DNA of 64,000 nt from Fimicolochytrium jonesii (Eukaryota): the NCBI RefSeq assembly GCF_025526975.1, contig NW_026515703.1, positions 186,001 through 250,000 on the forward strand, written 5' to 3'. The notes under the pieces are model-generated. The model was not told where the DNA came from and ran no database searches. It saw only the letters and a list, made by a program, of their open reading frames with translations. The translations under genes were made by a program, and so were the position numbers. This document shows, one piece after another, positions 59,764 to 64,000 of the stretch. Positions within the stretch are counted from its first letter, which is position 1. Each line of letters begins with the position of its first letter.

Positions 59764-61030
59764 TCATTGAGGGTTAGTCATAGTCTTAAGGTTAGGAGCA
59801 GGTTGACCGATAGCGTTATTGCGCGGTGATGCTAAATGCTTTTGACAGGATTTTGACATGGTTTTCGGGGCACCAACTTTGAACTTGCCGAATCGGATTG
59901 TGTACACCAAGTATTTGAATGAAGCAGGTTGCGGAACGTAAATACCAATCCCATTGTCTCGATCGTTCCCAAATTTCAACATCCGCTTGGAGGTTGAAGT
60001 TGAGCACGTGCAGCGAGCGATCTTTTCGAACACCCCTTTGGCTGCATCAATCATCGTTCGCATCCCTCTATCCTGATGAAGTTGGGCATAATTGACAAGA
60101 AGCCAAACTCCATATTCACAGGGCAATATGAGACTGAGTTCGCCAGTGAAGATATACAGTAAAATCAGCAGAAGGGAGGTATAGGTGCCTATGTAGAATC
60201 ACTCCGTTTGTGGACGCAACCCGGCCGAATATGGCTAGCAAGCAGCGGTACATTTTCCAAAGCGCTTCTATGTTCTGTGCACTTTGTGTATTATACCCCC
60301 TGTGTATTATACAGTACATCCTGTTGAGTTTGGGTTTAACTCTTCCGTTGCCCTACCACAAACCCCGCCAAACCGAATGGCTGGTATCGCGCGATGCTGT
60401 CACCTGCTGTCAGTCCACATCCCCCAATGCCACCTATAAACGGAGAGCAAGGTATCATTGGAGGAGAGAGGCTCCAGACGCTTGAATATATATACGGGTT
60501 ATGGAGAAAAGAGAGCGGGGGGGATACTGCGAGGGTTGCAATAGCGGAGGCCGAGAGCATGATTCCCATAAACTGGGTTACAAATCAATCGTTCACGCAC
60601 ATATTGGTTTTTTTTTGACGAGTCTTCTAAGGGGCGAGTTTTCCCGCACGAAAGAGACAGCCGCACAGACTCTCCTTTTACCGCCATATCGAGGAAGAAC
60701 ACCGCAATCTTTCGCAAAAGAAGCAGGAAAAACACAGCCGCTGACTTGAACGTCAGAACATATCCACTTCCGTCTACCTGAACTCAACGTTTGGCTTCGT
60801 GTGTTTGTCGGTGAAGAGGGAAGAACGCAAGTGAACTGTTTTTTTTTGCGAGAATTATTGTAAGAATTGGTGTTCAAGTGGCGATATGGAAGGGAGCCAT
60901 CCCTGGCTTCAGTATGAAGCACACCATATCATTGGCGTAACTTGCAACTTATCCTCTTTTGTCGTCCATGCTCTCACAGGCTCAACACACGCCGAACTTA
61001 CTGTTTACCCGAATCCCTTAGGCCTCTACA

Positions 61031-63680
61031 ATGGCTGACCAATTCGACCCCACCAGCTGTGCTCCAACCCCGCAGTATCAGTTCCCATCCCACTCGCCCA
61101 CCGCCCGTGGCGTAACCTCCCTAGGCAGCGGCAACTCCAACGCCCAAGGCAGCCTGAGCATGGACTCGCTCCACACAAGCAGTCCCACCTCGCCCGTCTC
61201 CTTCGCAGCGCCCATCACCCTCATCCCCTTCCGTCGCTTCGAGCGCGGTCGCTGCCTCTCCCGCCAACTCAACCTGGCCGACCCATCTTACCTGCTCGTC
61301 GACGAAGGCGATGATCTCTTGCTGTACGGAAGCGATGTGACGGTCGCGTACTACTACGCGGGACATCTGACCACCCATCGGCAAGGCTGGGTGTCGCGAT
61401 TCGCCATCCAGAGATGTGACGTGCCGTCCACGCCCCCGCCGGCGCCAAACAGTGACCAGTTCCGGGGGCTGAGACCGATGGGCACGCCGACGAGGCAGGT
61501 GGATGCGTTTCCGACCGCGCAGAGGATGGGTTCGACGGGGTTTGCGTTCCCGACTCCGTATACGCCGACGCCGGACCCGCAGGCGGGGGAGAGGGGCCAG
61601 TTGAGGGCGAATGCTAGTAGTGCTTTGTGGGGGACTTATTTGCCTAATGTGAGTTTGGATGCACATGTTCGCTAATTTTTCATCGGTTTGGCTTTGCCGT
61701 TAGAAGCACAGCCTTGAGCTTAATACCGAATCTTACCTCCTCGCACCCACCAGCAGCAACTGGGCCTCTTCCAACTCCAATTGCCCGCACGGACGGACTC
61801 CACCCCAGCGCAAGTCCGAAGCGCCTCTAACCTCAATATTTACGACTGGGCGAACACCTTCGCAACCCTGTCCGCGGGCAACGCTGCGTTCATGCCGGAG
61901 GCGCCCATCCTCGGCGCGCAATCGTACGATCCCACCCCAATGCTCCCGCAAGATCCCACGGCCGCGGCACCCACCACACTCACCCCAATGGAACAACCCA
62001 GCGCGCACAGCGTCCCCACGCTCGACAAACCGCGCAAAAAATGGGACAGAACCTACGAACTGAAACGCCGCAACTCCGGCAAACGCTCCCACGGCATCAA
62101 CCTCGACCCCACCCAACGGCTCCGGTTCCCGCCGCCCGGCTCCAAATGCACCTACGCAGACTTCGTCAAACACCTCGTCGCCATCCTCGCCTCCTATGCG
62201 GCCCACCACCGCGGGTGCGCCTTCACCCCCGAGCACGTCTCGCGCGTGCATGAGGTCATGCAGAGGTACAAGCGGGAGAACAGGGAGTGGAAGCAGTGGA
62301 AGGTGTGGCTGGATGGCGAGACGTATGACCGGTTGGAGGGGCTGAGGGTGTTGTGTGCCGGGGAGCAGGTGAGGAGGGGGGAGATGCTGGAATTGATGTT
62401 GGATTTGGCAGGGCGCGGGGGGGAGGGGAGGACTGAGGGACGGCAGAGGCCGGAGATGTTGGGGTTGGCGTTTGAGGATTGTAAGGTAACCGCTCCCCAT
62501 ACCCCGTCCGTGCGTTTGCGTTTCACATCACGGGGGTTCATTTCTTCTCAACTGGTGAGTATTTGTTTGTCCGACAGTCATGCCTCCACGACCAGGAATA
62601 CCTCCTTAACCCGGACCATGAAGACGACCCCGCGCTCCGGCTCCAGATCCCCTCCGCACGCCCACACGGCGCCACCACCTCCCCTGCCCACGCCGAATCC
62701 GCCGCCATCGACCGGTTCCTCGCCGCAGCGTCAGGTCCTACATCCGCCTCCGTTCCTTCCCATCTCCAATGCGAAGCACAGGCGGTTTTAGCGGATGAAA
62801 GTTTCACCCCGCATCGCAAACGCAAGCAACGGCAGGCAGACGTGGGCGGTGGCGCGCAGGATTCCAGACATGGGGAGTTGGCGATGGGCGATTTTGCGCG
62901 AGATCTGTTCCCGGTGGATCGTCAGGGTTTCATGGCCATGTACCCGCATCCGCCAGCTGGGGATGTGCGTGGCGGGCAGGACTGCGGGGAAGATGCGCGA
63001 GATCAACATGATTGCGGGACGCCGACACATACCCACTGCGACGGCGATGGGGACGCCAAACATGCACCCGATGGAGAGGAGGAGGATGTGAGCGACTGCT
63101 TGAACGCCATGACGCTGGCTGACACGACCGGGGATGCGCACACCCGCGACAAGGCCCCGAAGGCCCCGACGCCGAAACGGGGCACACCGAGCGAAGATGC
63201 GGAGCAGTCGGCCAAATCGCTCAAACGGTCTCGGAAGGTGGGGGTGGGTGGCGAGATGGGCGACGGGGAGTTTGAAGTCGAGGAGTTGAAGAGAGTCTGG
63301 GAGACGATGTTTGATGCCTGGGTACGAACCCTCGTCCATTGTCCTTCCCCCCGCCCCCTCAATTTCAACACCTACTAACTAACCCTCCCACATGTTCTCA
63401 GGCCATAGCCTCCCGCTCATATGATGGAGACGAAGTGGAAGAACCCACAATCCCACCCCACCTCTCCAAACTCTTCCGGTACCTCTACTCCCTCGACGTC
63501 ATCTCCCCAGACGCGTACGCCCGTGCCCGGACTGGAATCGAGGAGGAGGTCGAGTCAGGCGATGACGAGTACGCGGTGATGAAGTGTGTGATGACGAGGG
63601 CGATGAGCCCTATTATAGGCGGTTTGAGGAGGTTGGTGATGAATATGGGGGGAGGGTTAAGGAAGGGAGGGAGAATATAG
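61031..63680 (+). CDS. Orphan 4-exon protein with an SH3-like domain and two putative ribbon-helix-helix-like segments
   Basis: Three phase-0 GT-AG introns (about 61649-61753, 62486-62577, 63322-63401) join four ORFs cleanly. The SH3-like pattern is LLVDEGDDLLL...YYYAGHL..RQGWVSRFAIQ. Confidence 0.7.
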
Positions 63681-64000
63681 AGAAGGTGCAGGAAGACGGG
63701 GAGGAGGTGTCGCGATGATGTGGTGGCGTGGGGCGTATTGCGGTCATGGTGGTATTGCGGCGTAGTGTTAGTGTGCAATGATGTGTATATATAGCCATGA
63801 GGGTGTGGTGCTGGCCTTTGATAAGCGTCTTTGCAAAGAAAATGTACTGTATGTGACCAATCGAAAATCGAATGGTATTGAGTTTCGGCTTTGGCTCCGG
63901 CCTGCAGAACGGGCTATCGGAAAGAGCATAGGGTGCGACATTGTAAGCGAGATTGTGTTTTTAGTACATCCATACATGTGTTGAGCAGCTGTGAGGAAGA

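Overview
Intron-rich, GC-rich eukaryotic DNA. Gene content points to an early-diverging fungus, probably a chytrid (inference). About 1-45 kb holds spliced housekeeping genes: Ras2-type GTPase, CTD-type CDK, NYN-domain protein head-to-head with an Angel/Ngl-like EEP phosphatase, WD40 protein, an unusual MFS-like membrane protein, a 5'-truncated fRMsr GAF fragment, HSF-type factor, Pbs2/Wis1 MAPKK, myosin regulatory light chain and Pds5. There are also three identical intronless tRNA-Phe(GAA) genes. A complete 2.3-kb PIF/Harbinger-type transposon (TIRs, AAT target duplication, Myb/SANT ORF, frameshifted DDE transposase) sits 68 bp downstream of the third tRNA. It is followed by about 13 kb of gene-poor, decayed sequence and then a clean 4-exon orphan gene with an SH3-like and two ribbon-helix-helix-like segments. 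The most notable unexplained signals are a collinear structured element shared by two oversized introns of unrelated genes, the SH3 + tandem RHH-like protein, a perfect 53-bp palindrome, and a strand-symmetric C-rich-to-G-rich compositional wave across genes. All calls were made by eye; no searches were run.
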